From contig OZ287073.1 of assembly GCA_965645245.1 (NCBI GenBank), forward strand, positions 1,116,001 to 1,180,000: a DNA stretch of 64,000 bases, read 5' to 3'. The notes under the pieces were generated by a model, which had not been told where the DNA came from, made no database searches, and saw only the letters and a program-made list of their open reading frames with translations. The position numbers were made by a program, and so were the translations under genes. The DNA is from Massalongia carnosa (lineage: Eukaryota). Shown here one piece after another: positions 14,501 through 25,496 of this stretch (within the stretch, counting starts at the first letter, position 1; each line of letters opens with the position of its first letter).

Positions 14501-14863
14501 ACGTGAATGGCCTGGCCTGGTCGAAGAGTGGCGAGCCTCTCGAGTCGACTCAGGACGCTTCGATGGTGGGACGGCGTATGAGCGATCTCGGGACGAGCTG
14601 CGACGGGACGATGAGGGTCGGGCTACGTTGTTGGTCTCGTAGTCTTTGCGAGCGACGTCGGCCAAGGCGGGCTGTTGCGAGGAGGAGGTTGGTCGAGTTT
14701 GAGATTGCGAGTGTGAGCGTAAAGGTGCGCTGGGGGTCGTGGCAGGTTTGCCTGTAGTCGATAGAGCCCGGTGAGGTCGATCACCTGCAGGTATGGCGTA
14801 AGACTGCTGCCTGCGTGATGGGTTCCGCCCTAGAGCAGGCGACACCGTCGAGGCCGTCGACAT
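11518..14863 (-). CDS. KIN1: Kin1/PAR-1/MARK family Ser/Thr kinase
   Basis: ATG 14863 (MSTAST). GAGSMGKVK, HRDLKIEN, DFGLSN, TFCGSLYFAAPE and a C-terminal KA1 domain (LKFEIFIVKVPLFSLHGIQFKKV). Introns near 14203-14260 and 13520-13573. Confidence 0.93.
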
Positions 14864-15750
14864 CGTGCTCGACTGACTGTTTATCCAATTTGCGGAACTA
14901 AGGTCAGAGCGTTCGGCAAGCGGCTGTAATCCACCCAACCACCTAGATTTACAACTGATACAAGGACAATTGTGAAGACGGTATTAACCGTGAAGTTGAA
15001 AGGCGTTGAAGTTTGTATTTGGAGGTTGATGGTGCCAGCTCACGAGCCGTGTTGGCTCGTGGATGGGATAACGTTACTTGTAGGCGAGCGCAGGCGAGTC
15101 AAGGTAAGACATGAACGACAGGGTATCATCGAAGGGGGGGTGGCCTAAAGAGGCTGAACGGTTCTTTGATTCTCGAGTAAGGTAGATGAGGATAATGATG
15201 AGGATAGTATGTCCTAGGATACCATGAGGCTATACAAAGTAGCCGACGGCTGGATGAGTTTGCGTGAAGGTGCCAACCTAGGATGATGCCAACAGATGTC
15301 TCAAGTCTGTGTAACTCAGATACCTAATCGTCACCGGGAGTTTTTTTCAGGTCTCCAAGTTAGGTACGAGTATTCTGTAAGTCAGGTTGCATCTTATTGG
15401 TACTCGATCGGTACTTTGAAGATACCTATGCGCCTTAGGTTTGCGTGGTACATCCAAGTATCTACATTTGGATTCTATTTCTATACGGGAGTGTTCTGTA
15501 TATGGCACGGAGTAGGTAGGTACGCTGTAAATTGAGGTTTTTTGTCAAATACTTTCACTTACGGTTTTTCTGTACAAGGAAGTCGATCAACAGGCATGAC
15601 TACTTCGATAGCTGGTATGTACGTACCTCGTTAGACAAGTATGTAACCGTTACCTCTGGCACACTGTAAGTATGTACGGGGTACAGAGTACTCTGTACAT
15701 AATGCGGGAAATCAATCCATGTCGAGCTTTCAGAAGCTCAAGGGAAGGTA

Positions 15751-17088
15751 CAGTCCCGTGCCAAAAGTCTGCGGCCCAACCCGTAATTTTCGTGATTTCG
15801 CGTTTTCAACTCATCAACCCCCCATCTTCCACCTCATCATTTCACCATGCTTCGTGCTTCTTTGACCCCCATAAGTGGTAATCGGCCTCGTAACACTGAA
15901 TTGACGCCATATCAACGTGGTATGATTGTTGGGGCCCAGGCGTTGGGGCACACACCGACCGAGATTGGGAAGACTCTTAATTTCACTAAATCGACCGTGC
16001 AGAGCACCATTCAGAAGCACTCAATTCGCAACGACGGCGTGTCTAAATCACGTTCTGGACGGCCTGAAGTGCTGTCAGAACGCGATCGACGTTATATCAT
16101 CAAGCATGCACGAATCAATCCACGAATCACTTATGCACAAATCAAACTAGAAGTGGGGCTCGGCTGCAGTCGTACGACTATTTATCGGGCACTCAAACTG
16201 TATGGTTTAACCAACTGGGTGGCTAAAAAACGACCTTTATTGACGCCTGAGGTGGCCAAGAAACGATTGGATTGGTGCTTGCTGCGGCGTGAGTGGACTT
16301 TTGAGCAGTGGTCAAGAGTTATATGGTCAGATGAGTGCTCGGTAGAAAAAGGGTCAGGAAAACAGCGTCAGTGGGTGTTCAGATTGCCGAAAGAAAAATG
16401 GAATAAAGAGATGATACAACCTGTCCCCAAAGGCAAAGGAGTCAGTGTCATGGTCTGGGCAGCTTTTTGGGGAGATGATAGGTCAGATCTTTACAAATTG
16501 GCTCGTGGTTTTGCTGCGAAGAAGATGGGGTACTCGGCGAACTCATATATGGAATTATTGAACGATAATCTGCTTGGAATTTGGCAACCGGGCCTCATTT
16601 TCATGCAGGATAACGCACCTATACATAAGGCTAAAAAGGTGATGGAATGGTTCAATGAGAACGGCATAGAGGTCATCGATTGGCCCCCCTATTCACCTGA
16701 TTTAAATCCCATCGAGCACGCTTGGTATGTGCTCAAAAAGCTCGTCTATCAAGTCAACCCGAACATAGATTTGGTGATCGGCAGTGATGAAACTGTTCGT
16801 GAGGTACTTTGGAAAGCGTTAGAAGAAGCCTGGACGTTGATAGATGTGAAAATGATGAGGAGGTTAATAGAGAGCATGAATAGGAGGATAAAAGCGTGTA
16901 TAGCGTCGGAAGGATGGTATACTAAATATTAAAAATCAATTTTTGGGGGAATTCTTGTTTAGTATGTATGTAATCATTATGTAAAGTTTCAAGACATTTC
17001 AGCAATCGTGACGTGGTTGATTGTTGATTGAATAGAATGATTGAAATGTTGGTGGGGTGCGGGGCCGCAGACTTTTGGCCTAGTACTG
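15751..17088 (+). mobile_element. Tc1/mariner DNA transposon, apparently intact (1338 bp)
   Basis: 27-bp TIRs CAGTCCCGTGCCAAAAGTCTGCGGCCC / CAGTACTAGGCCAAAAGTCTGCGGCCC (23/27 match). TA duplications at 15749-50 and 17089-90. Confidence 0.93.
15847..16932 (+). CDS. Tc1-like DD34E transposase, 361 aa
   Basis: Uninterrupted ORF with N-terminal HTH and GRPE motif, WSDE, FMQDNAPIH, WPPYSPDLNPIE. 34 residues counted between the second D and E. Confidence 0.93.
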   Translation: MLRASLTPISGNRPRNTELTPYQRGMIVGAQALGHTPTEIGKTLNFTKSTVQSTIQKHSIRNDGVSKSRSGRPEVLSERDRRYIIKHARINPRITYAQIKLEVGLGCSRTTIYRALKLYGLTNWVAKKRPLLTPEVAKKRLDWCLLRREWTFEQWSRVIWSDECSVEKGSGKQRQWVFRLPKEKWNKEMIQPVPKGKGVSVMVWAAFWGDDRSDLYKLARGFAAKKMGYSANSYMELLNDNLLGIWQPGLIFMQDNAPIHKAKKVMEWFNENGIEVIDWPPYSPDLNPIEHAWYVLKKLVYQVNPNIDLVIGSDETVREVLWKALEEAWTLIDVKMMRRLIESMNRRIKACIASEGWYTKY

Positions 17089-17285
17089 TATCCTGTACAC
17101 ACTAGGTACCCTACAGGCTAGCTTGGGGGTAACTATCTCAGCTGTTCTGAATTCATTTATCAAAGGTAATCGTGCCATACCACCAGTAGTTAATCGTTTT
17201 CGCTTACTAAGTGCCCAACGGCTCAAAGTCCAAAACGGTTCAAAGACCAAATTATTCACCAAACGCGTGCCTACTCCACACCACC

Positions 17286-19061
17286 ATTTCTGATTCGTTC
17301 TGCGACTCTGAAAATCGTCTAGATGAGGCCATCAGCGCGTATAACAGTGGTGATTATTCTAGTGCCAGCGCTGTCGCTCGAAAATTTCACGTCGATTCGA
17401 GGACACTTTGTCGAAGGCTCAATGGAGGGGCTTCGAAATCAACTCGTTCACCAAGCAACAAAGCACTTACAGATGCACAAGAAAAAGCTATTTGTGCTTA
17501 TATTGAGCGATTGGATCATATGGAACAATCAGCTAAGCTCTCAATGGTTCGTGGAGCTGCTAATTACCTGCTCGGTCGAGCATTAGTTGGACAAATTGAT
17601 CGTGATCAAACCGACACTCCACTTCCTACCGTAAGCGCCATGTGGACCAGACGATTTTTAAAACGTCATCCGGAGTACTTCAAACGTAAACAAAAACCCC
17701 TCGCTGTTGAGCGTAAACATTCACACGATTCGAAGAGTATGATTAAGCATTTTGAGCAGTACAAAGTCCTTCGAGAATTGAGGGGAATCGTGGACGAGGA
17801 CACCTGGAACAAGGATGAAACGGGCTTTCGAATTGGCTATGGAAAAGCTCATTGGGTAATTTCGACGCATTCTCATAAGCCTCTTTTGATGAAGGATCCA
17901 GACAACAGAGACTACATTACCTTGATGGAGAGTAGTAGTGGTGGAGGAAGGGATATTTCCCCCATGATCATACTTCCTGGCGTACAAATCAAAGAGAAAT
18001 GGGCCCTGGAAAATTATTTGGATGATGACATTCTTTTCGCCGTCAGTTCAACTGGTTATTCGAATGATGATCTCGCTATTGATTGGTTGAAACATTTTAA
18101 TAAACATAGTGCAAAAGGGCAAATTGGTGCATGGAGGTTGTTGATTTTGGACGGATCTGGATCTCATATGACGTATGAATTTTTCGAGTATGCACAGAGC
18201 AAGCACATCGAATTGTTCAGATTACCTGCTCATTCCACTCATTTGACCCAACCACTGGACGTTGGATGGTTTCAGCCTTTTAAACACTATCATGCTGAGG
18301 CCATTGATGAGGCTATTCGTGCCGGAGGAGGGGAGTTCAACAATATCGACTTTTTGTCGATTTTTCAGGATATGCGCCTCAAAACATTCACCAAATCGAC
18401 GATTTTAGCTGCATTCAGAAACACAGGACTAGTGCCTTATAATCCGAATGTGGTCATCTCGAAAATCGAGGCGCAAAGTCGTCAAAGGCCGACTGCCCCT
18501 CCACCCCCACCATCGGCCCCATTATTGGCCAGAACACCTCGCACTTCCACTGAGGTCATCATCTTTGGCACTAAACTTCAAAGAAGCATGCAGACAAATG
18601 ATGCTATCGACGGAAATTATAGGTTGCATGTCGATCGCTTTTTCAAAGGTGCTATGGCTAGCGCTCATGCTCAGCAATTGGCTGAAAGAGACTTATTGAC
18701 CTCAGCCAGAGCCTCAATTGCTAAGGCAGCGCGTAAAAAGCTTGCTGGAACTGTTGCTCAGTCAGGTGGGGTCATCACCGTTCGAGATGTACGTGCTAAA
18801 GTCACCAAACGACATGAAGATGAGGTGGAAAAGGCACAGAAGGTCTTGGACCGAGCTAAAGCGGCCGCATTGAAAAAGCAACAGGTCATCGACAACGCCG
18901 AAAAGAAGCTCTGGAAAGGACTGTTTCGTGAGGCCAATATCTTCCTCCGAGCATGTAAAAAATGGGAGGTTAAAAGGACCAAATGGTGGAAGGTTTTTCG
19001 TAGTCAAATTGATGATCACGATCAATTTGTCCAACTAATGCTCGACCGAGCAGGTAATTAG
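17286..19061 (+). CDS. Fot1/pogo DD35D transposase; natural start reads ATT instead of ATG
   Basis: Open frame with N-terminal HTH, NKDETGF, LILDGSGSH and THLTQPLDVG (35 residues D-to-D). CACCACC-ATT at 17286 aligns with CACCACC-ATG in the opposite repeat arm. Confidence 0.8.
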   Translation: MSDSFCDSENRLDEAISAYNSGDYSSASAVARKFHVDSRTLCRRLNGGASKSTRSPSNKALTDAQEKAICAYIERLDHMEQSAKLSMVRGAANYLLGRALVGQIDRDQTDTPLPTVSAMWTRRFLKRHPEYFKRKQKPLAVERKHSHDSKSMIKHFEQYKVLRELRGIVDEDTWNKDETGFRIGYGKAHWVISTHSHKPLLMKDPDNRDYITLMESSSGGGRDISPMIILPGVQIKEKWALENYLDDDILFAVSSTGYSNDDLAIDWLKHFNKHSAKGQIGAWRLLILDGSGSHMTYEFFEYAQSKHIELFRLPAHSTHLTQPLDVGWFQPFKHYHAEAIDEAIRAGGGEFNNIDFLSIFQDMRLKTFTKSTILAAFRNTGLVPYNPNVVISKIEAQSRQRPTAPPPPPSAPLLARTPRTSTEVIIFGTKLQRSMQTNDAIDGNYRLHVDRFFKGAMASAHAQQLAERDLLTSARASIAKAARKKLAGTVAQSGGVITVRDVRAKVTKRHEDEVEKAQKVLDRAKAAALKKQQVIDNAEKKLWKGLFREANIFLRACKKWEVKRTKWWKVFRSQIDDHDQFVQLMLDRAGN

Positions 19062-19335
19062 CAGCTCCACGAACCATCGAGAGCTTAGCTGATTGTTCCA
19101 TATGATCCAATCGCTCAATATAAGCACAAATAGCTTTTTCTTGTGCATCTGTAAGTGCTTTGTTGCTTGGTGAACGAGTTGATTTCGAAGCCCCTCCATT
19201 GAGCCTTCGACAAAGTGTCCTCGAATCGACGTGAAATTTTCGAGCGACAGCGCTGGCACTAGAATAATCACCACTGTTATACGCGCTGATGGCCTCATCT
19301 AGACGATTTTCAGAGTCCCAGAACGAATCAGACAT
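18970..19335 (-). CDS. Antisense 121-aa ORF duplicating the transposase N-terminal DNA-binding region
   Basis: ATG 19335 in CACCACCATG context. About 107 aa are near-identical to the transposase N-terminus, followed by a short unique tail. Expression unknown. Confidence 0.5.
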   Translation of the reverse strand: MSDSFWDSENRLDEAISAYNSGDYSSASAVARKFHVDSRTLCRRLNGGASKSTRSPSNKALTDAQEKAICAYIERLDHMEQSAKLSMVRGAANYLLGRALVGQIDRDHQFDYEKPSTIWSF

Positions 19336-19818
19336 GGTGGTGTGGAGTAGGCACGCGTTTGGTGAAGGATGAAATAAATGGTCTTTGAACCGTTTTGGAC
19401 TTTGAGCCGTTGGGCACTAGTAAGCGAAAACGATTACTGGTGGTGTGGCATGATTACCATACTTAGCTTAGTTCCTCGAACTAGTTACCTTATGTAAGCC
19501 AAAACGCTAGTAAGCTGCGACCCTAACCCGAACGGTATCTGCAGTTGGTTATAGTCTGTAGTTAAGAGTACTCTGTACTCATATAGATCGCGTAGGTATT
19601 TTGCATTGTACATTTTGTATACGATCGAGAAATTTCACCTACTCTACTCGGAGCACATGGATCTCTTACGGTTGGTTAGGTAAAGTTGAACGAAAAATTG
19701 CTATGCTAATCTTTTTGCACTCCGCGGTGCATGATAACTGAGAAAACGTATATGGGCGGGAGGCGGAACATGAAGCCAGGTGGTTGGAAAGCTTCTGGAA
19801 TTTGGTACACTTGGAAGA

Positions 19819-22116
19819 ATGGCCCATAAACGTTCGAGAGCAACGTTCGAGGAAGATCGACAGCTTCACCAATCTCCATATGCCGTATATGGAACCCCCC
19901 TTCCTCCGCTTGATCCCGATACTCGTGATGACGGCTCCTACGTCCCTATGTGGAAACAAGAGGTCGTGGATGAACAGGGCCGGAAAAGATTGCATGGTGC
20001 TTTCACCGGTGGCTTCAGTGCGGGGTAAGCCCAAACGATATGGGTCCTCTGCGCCTGGAACGATTGTTGACCGTGGTCGCCCAGATATTTCAATACGGTG
20101 GGATCCAAGGAAGGTTGGACTCCGTCCCAGTTTATCTCATCGCGGAAGAGCCGCAAGAAGGATGCCCCGACTATGCAGCAGAGGCCGGAGGATTTCATGG
20201 ACGAAGAAGACGTGGCAGATGCTGAAGAGAGCAGGAAACTGCAGACGACAGAGGCGTTTGCAGGTCTAGGCTCTACGGCCGAGGATAGGTTACAAAAAGA
20301 ACCTATGATGGATGTTTTCAAAACCACTGGGGATACAATGGGCGTAAAACTGCTAAGGAAGATGGGTTGGCGAGAAGGCCAAGGAGTTGGCCCGAAGGTG
20401 AGAAGAGAAGCACGGCTTGACGATACGGATGATCCAGGTGGTGGTGAAAGGCAAGAGATGCATCTTTTCGCGCCGGAGAACTCTCCGATGATATCGTTTG
20501 TAAGGAAAAATGATCGCAAAGGCCTGGGATTCGAAGGAGAAGGTCGCTTGGCAGATTTAGAGAACGGAGGAGGGGATTCAAAGTCAACGGCAGCGGTCAA
20601 TGAGACACAAAAAACCGAAAAGCGTTTCGGAGTGGTCACCAAGAATACCAAGTTGAAGGAAAAACCGATGGAATCTCGAGGCGGATTCGGTGTTGGAATA
20701 TTAAACGATAACGGTTCTGACGATGAGGATCCCTATCACATGGGCCCGCAGATTTCATATAATCGAATCATCGGAGGAGACAAAAAAAAGAAAAAGCCCA
20801 TCAATGGCAAAACCGCTGCAAACCCTCTCATTAACACTAAACCGATCTTCATTTCCAAAACGGCTTCTGCGAAAAAAGCCAACTCTGGCTTCCGCCGCTG
20901 CCACGATGGCCGTCTACCGCTGGACGGCTTCGTCCTTTTGCAAAGCGTCGATCCTCGATCCTCCCATTCCCGCCAAGAAACCAGATACCCACCTCCTACC
21001 ATCCCTCCGAACTGGAAATCTTCGAAAACCCCAGCGAACCCCGCTCACCCCCCCGCAACCTACCAATCCTCCGCCGCAATCGCGAAAGCCTCAACCCTCA
21101 ACCCCAAAACCCGTGCATCCCTACTTGGCGAAACCCCGCTGCCAGGAAAATCCATTTTCGACTTCCTTTCCCCCTCCGCCCGCACGCGCATCGCTACCGC
21201 AACCCAGAACTCTAATCTCCCCCCTGCCCTCGATGAAGCCAATTCCCTCCCTCCCTCTCAAAATCCCACGTCTCCCTTCTCTCTTATCCCCCCCCTTTCC
21301 CCCACCACCGCCCACGCAGCCCTCAGCCGCGGCTCAGCAGGCTGGACCCCCTACGCCGACGACCCCGAAAAACTCTCCCGCTACCGCCTCTACCTCCAAA
21401 CCCGCGCCTCCCTCCTCCCACCGGATATCCTCCCCGACCGCGCCCCCGGCGCCAGCACCACCGACTGGATCGCCGAAATGCGTGAGTTCGCCCACGCCGC
21501 GCATATTTTCCGCCCGGTCTCCGGCCTTATGGCCACCCGCTTCACCACCGCCTCCTCATCCGCTTCCCAGCTCCTAACTTCCACCCCCGACCAGCGGGGC
21601 AACACGGACCCTCATCCGTTACTGTCTCGTCCCGTGGAGAGAGCTCTTGATCCCGCCATCCAGGCCGCAGCAATTGGCATGTACGGCCCCCTCACGCGCT
21701 CCGTCAAGGAGTTCTTCCCGTCTCGCCTCCTATGCAAACGCTTCAATGTGCAGCCGCCGGCGCACGTTGCTGCCGATCCTCCTCCCCCGGCTCCTCCTAG
21801 CTCGAACTCTCCAGCGGCGCAGGATCCGTCGTTGGCTCCGACGCACTCGAGCGCGTTGCCGCAGCGCCGGCTGGAGCTGGTAGGAACTAGCGAGATGCAG
21901 GAGATGGTAAGGGAGAGGCGGGCGATGGCGAAGGGGATGGATGGGGAAGTGGAAAGGGGCGAGGAAGAGGGATGTGCGGCTCCGGCTCCGACGCCCGCTG
22001 TGCTAGTGGACCCGGAGCGCAACGAGGCTCTGGAGAGGGAGAGACCCGGGGACGCCATCTTTCGAGCTGTGTTTGGGAGTGATGGCGATAGTGACAGCGA
22101 GGGGGAAGCGGGATGA
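19819..22116 (+). CDS. G-patch domain protein, GPATCH1-like
   Basis: ATG 19819. [36 protein letters not shown] across intron 20025-20084. G-patch [25 protein letters not shown] motif; C-terminal IFRAVFGSD. Confidence 0.88.
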
Positions 22117-22718
22117 GATGGGGATATGTATTTCTTGAGTAAGATGGAAGGGGAGGGGGGGCGGGGGGTTGAATTGTTGCTATGAAGAAGAAAGAAAATA
22201 ATAAAAACCAAAACGCGTATTTATGATCTATTTCCCCCTTCTTTCCCCCCCTTTCAAAGGATATATCTTGCCTAAGTTGGCAGCGCTTCAGGGAGAATTG
22301 AATTAAACTACCGAAGCAGTAGAGTAAGCAAGTAACGTAGATGATAGACAGATGGATAGATTGGATTAGATTTAGATTAGATAGATCCATGGATTACATA
22401 TGAACAAACAAGTCCCAACAGCTGCGCTGCGCCGCGCCGCGCCGCGCTTTTTTCCGGCTCCCCTCCCGCCCTTCGTCTCCCCGCCTGGCTAACGGACCGA
22501 TAGTGATGGATGAATAGAAAGAGGTACGTACTTGGTTAGGTTCCGGGGAAATAATTAGGTGGGTAGGTAGGTAGGTAGTAGAAACAGCACTCCCACCCCG
22601 CCCCCTTCCCCCCCCCCAACCCAAAAAGAAGGCTCAGTCGGCCCTACCTACTTACTAGCATAGCCTATATACCTATCAATCCATCCATCCACCGATATGC
22701 TCCTCGACCATCCATTTT

Positions 22719-24088
22719 TTACCGTAGACCGATCACGCTCTATGGATTTGTGAATAGCCTAGTTAGCGCAAGCTTCATGAAGAGCCGCACATACTGATAT
22801 GAGAAGAGAAGTTCATGGTTTTCAACCAGGGGAGCCAGATGAGGAAAGCAAAATGCCAAGAAAAGAAATTGCAAAAAAAGAGAGGAAGGAAAATAAAAAG
22901 GGAGGGATATTACCATCTCCAACGTCCACACTCTTCGTATCCACACCTTAAGCTTCCCCTCCACCCCCTCCACCTCGTCCAGCTCTACTCCCTCCCACCA
23001 GCACCGTCGCGCCGGTTTTCGCCAGAACAGCAACAGCTTCTGTGCCATACCAACCGCATTGCTGTTGGCGAGGTCGCTCCCACGAATATCGGTCCGCAAA
23101 CGGGCGAGCGCCAGGCTGCAGATAACGGCTTTGTTAGGCTCGCCGGCCCGGTGACCCCAGCGATCGTCATTGTAAAAGCCTCTGGGGAAAATGCCCCGGG
23201 GAAGGGGGTAAGGTTAGATAAGGTGGTTTTAAAATGTTACAATGAATATAACCGGGGAAAATTGTATGGCGAGGAATTGGAGATGCAAAAGAGGTTTCAA
23301 CATACCCTGCCGTCAACATCTCAATCAGATGCTGTTCCGTTGTGCCCGTCTCCTCGCTCCTTCTCAGGCCCGAGAAGATCCCATCCTGGCTTAATAGCGC
23401 CTTTCCTGCCGCGCGCTTCACTTCGATCATTTCCGGCTGCTCGATTTCGGCTTTGGGTGGTATGGCGTAAAAATCCAAGTCTTCCCGTAATACAATGATG
23501 CCGGCACGGTCATGCAGCATATCACGCGCGGAGCCGGGAGCCGCTTCCGTGGAACTGGTAGCATTTTCGGTGGAGGAGGCGACAGGGGAGGAGGACGAGG
23601 ATGGGATGGTTTGGGCAACGTTGCGGAAAAAGTCGAGCATGTATTGGAGGGAGGCGGGGTCATACTGTTTGCACTGTCAGCTAATCTCTTAGAAGGGGAA
23701 TTTAAATGAAGGAAGCGGGCGTACATCTACGGGATATATATCTCCTTCATGGAAAGAGTTCATATGGCCATCAGGGAGGAGGCCATTGGGGAAGAGTGAA
23801 AGTAGCACAAACTCAGGAAGGGTGAGAAGTTCGTCCCGCGAGAGCACAAAGCGTGTTCCACTATGAATTGAATTAGTTGAGACTAGCCAAAAAAAGAATG
23901 CTGTCCGAACCGTAAGTCGAGAGTTATGTGCTCATCCACGCCCACATCTGTATAGTTCCATCAATCACAGTCCAGATTTCTTGTTTCATATGAAGAGCTT
24001 GGAACGTACCTGCCAGAGTGGCTGCTGGCGGTCCACCACCCTGCTGCACCTGAGTGATTATACTCGCGGGCCCACTCGTTGCAGCCAT
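22719..24088 (-). CDS. WHI2: Whi2-like BTB/POZ phosphatase activator (multi-exon; possible non-AUG extension to ~24517)
   Basis: LSRDELLTLPEFVLLSLFPNG, IIVLREDLDFY, EQHLIEMLTAG, KLLLFWRKPARRCWW, VWIRRVWTLEM. Tiny last exon SVIGLR ends at TAA 22721-22719. First in-frame ATG at 24088. Confidence 0.85.
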
Positions 24089-25496
24089 CACGTAGGTGAA
24101 CGAGTCAAGCGGACTCGAGCCTTCTGTATATGGTGGTGGCGGTTCCCCTTCTTCACCAGCCTTTCCAGATGACTCCCCTTTGCTATCTACCGGAAGCGCA
24201 GCCTTAGTCTCCGCCTCAACGCTTGTGGCACCAGTATATACGGGCTCGACAGACGGTCCAGAGCAAAATGCCGGAGGTGGATCAGGCTCAGTTACTGTAG
24301 CTTTGAAATGATCTTGAGAGCCTGACGAGGGGAAGTAAAGGCTTGAGAATGGCGGTGGTGGGGGAGAGGGAAGGGCCGAGGAAGGACCTGGTAACTCTGA
24401 ATCGTAAAGAAGTTCTGTATAGGGAGGTTGGGCGTCACAGGAGATTGCGGACGCGCGTAGAGAAATCTTGTCGGACACGGACGAGCCGTCACTGGAGTCT
24501 CGTGTGGCCGACAACGTGATGGCGGTTGGAGAAGTTGTGGGAGGGAATCATTTGCTGCGAACTGAATCACAAGTTCTGGTGATTAGTTCAATTCTTGCCG
24601 TATTCGCTCCAGTGGTGTGAACTCTTCGATTTTGGGGATTTGGGCCTTAGATGCAGTCCCATTGGGATAGGAATGCCGATCACCAAGTAGTTAGAATATA
24701 TAGCTTCCACTGTTTACTGAGTTTGTTTTCTGCTCTTTCCATGCGCGGGCGGCGCTAAAGAAGCGCTACGCATACAGGGGCTATCCCAAATGTAAATAAG
24801 GGGTTCAACATCCCCTTTCTCTGATTCAAGAGAATCGCTTTACACGTTCAAAGACAGGCAGCACGATACTGCATGCGTAATAACTACAGACATATTCATC
24901 AAGCTTTTCATGTTTATTATTTTCAGCCTTGTCATTCTTTGAAAAACAGGAGAACTTTAACTCTGGAACCATCCGCTTCTTTTATTCTTTTGCGTTGCTG
25001 ATTGCAACTTATGTTCGCCTTTGAATGGGCTCCAACAACACACATCCATTATTGGAAGACTTAGAATGTCCCTTTTGTAAATCAGGGAGGACGGATTGAA
25101 GATAGATACATTGTCAGCATCAAGAGTCTAGCTTGAAGAACTTCCGATCCTTTCATCCAGTTCTACCTTGTGTTGGGAGATTTCAGACAGACTTATAACT
25201 CGTTCATCACAGATTAATCTTCTGTTACACGCGATCTTCCAGCAGGTTCGCTTGATTTGAATCTAGCATAGGAGTTAGACAAGGTGGAGGCATTGAGCCA
25301 ATGCAAACGTTAACCAGGTCATGGGACAGTAATCCAATTACATCCAAGCCTAGCGGAGGTATTCTCGAGGAAATTGCAATCCTTACTGATTCCGACATGC
25401 AGAGGCTATGGAGATTCCTCGAAACCTTTATTTTGTGCCTTAGAAGGTACTGCAAATTCTATTGGCCACTTAAGAACCTTTAAGATGCATCATCTC

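Larger units (their letters stand above)
17165..19458 (+). mobile_element. Fot1/pogo-type DNA transposon with ~445-bp terminal inverted repeats
   Basis: 17165-17608 is the reverse complement of 19013-19458 apart from a few substitutions and small indels. Contains a DD35D transposase. No clean target-site duplication visible. Confidence 0.85.

Noticed and set aside
20723..21577. 284-aa Pro-rich alternative-frame ORF
   Set aside because: Shadow of C-rich codon usage within the G-patch gene.
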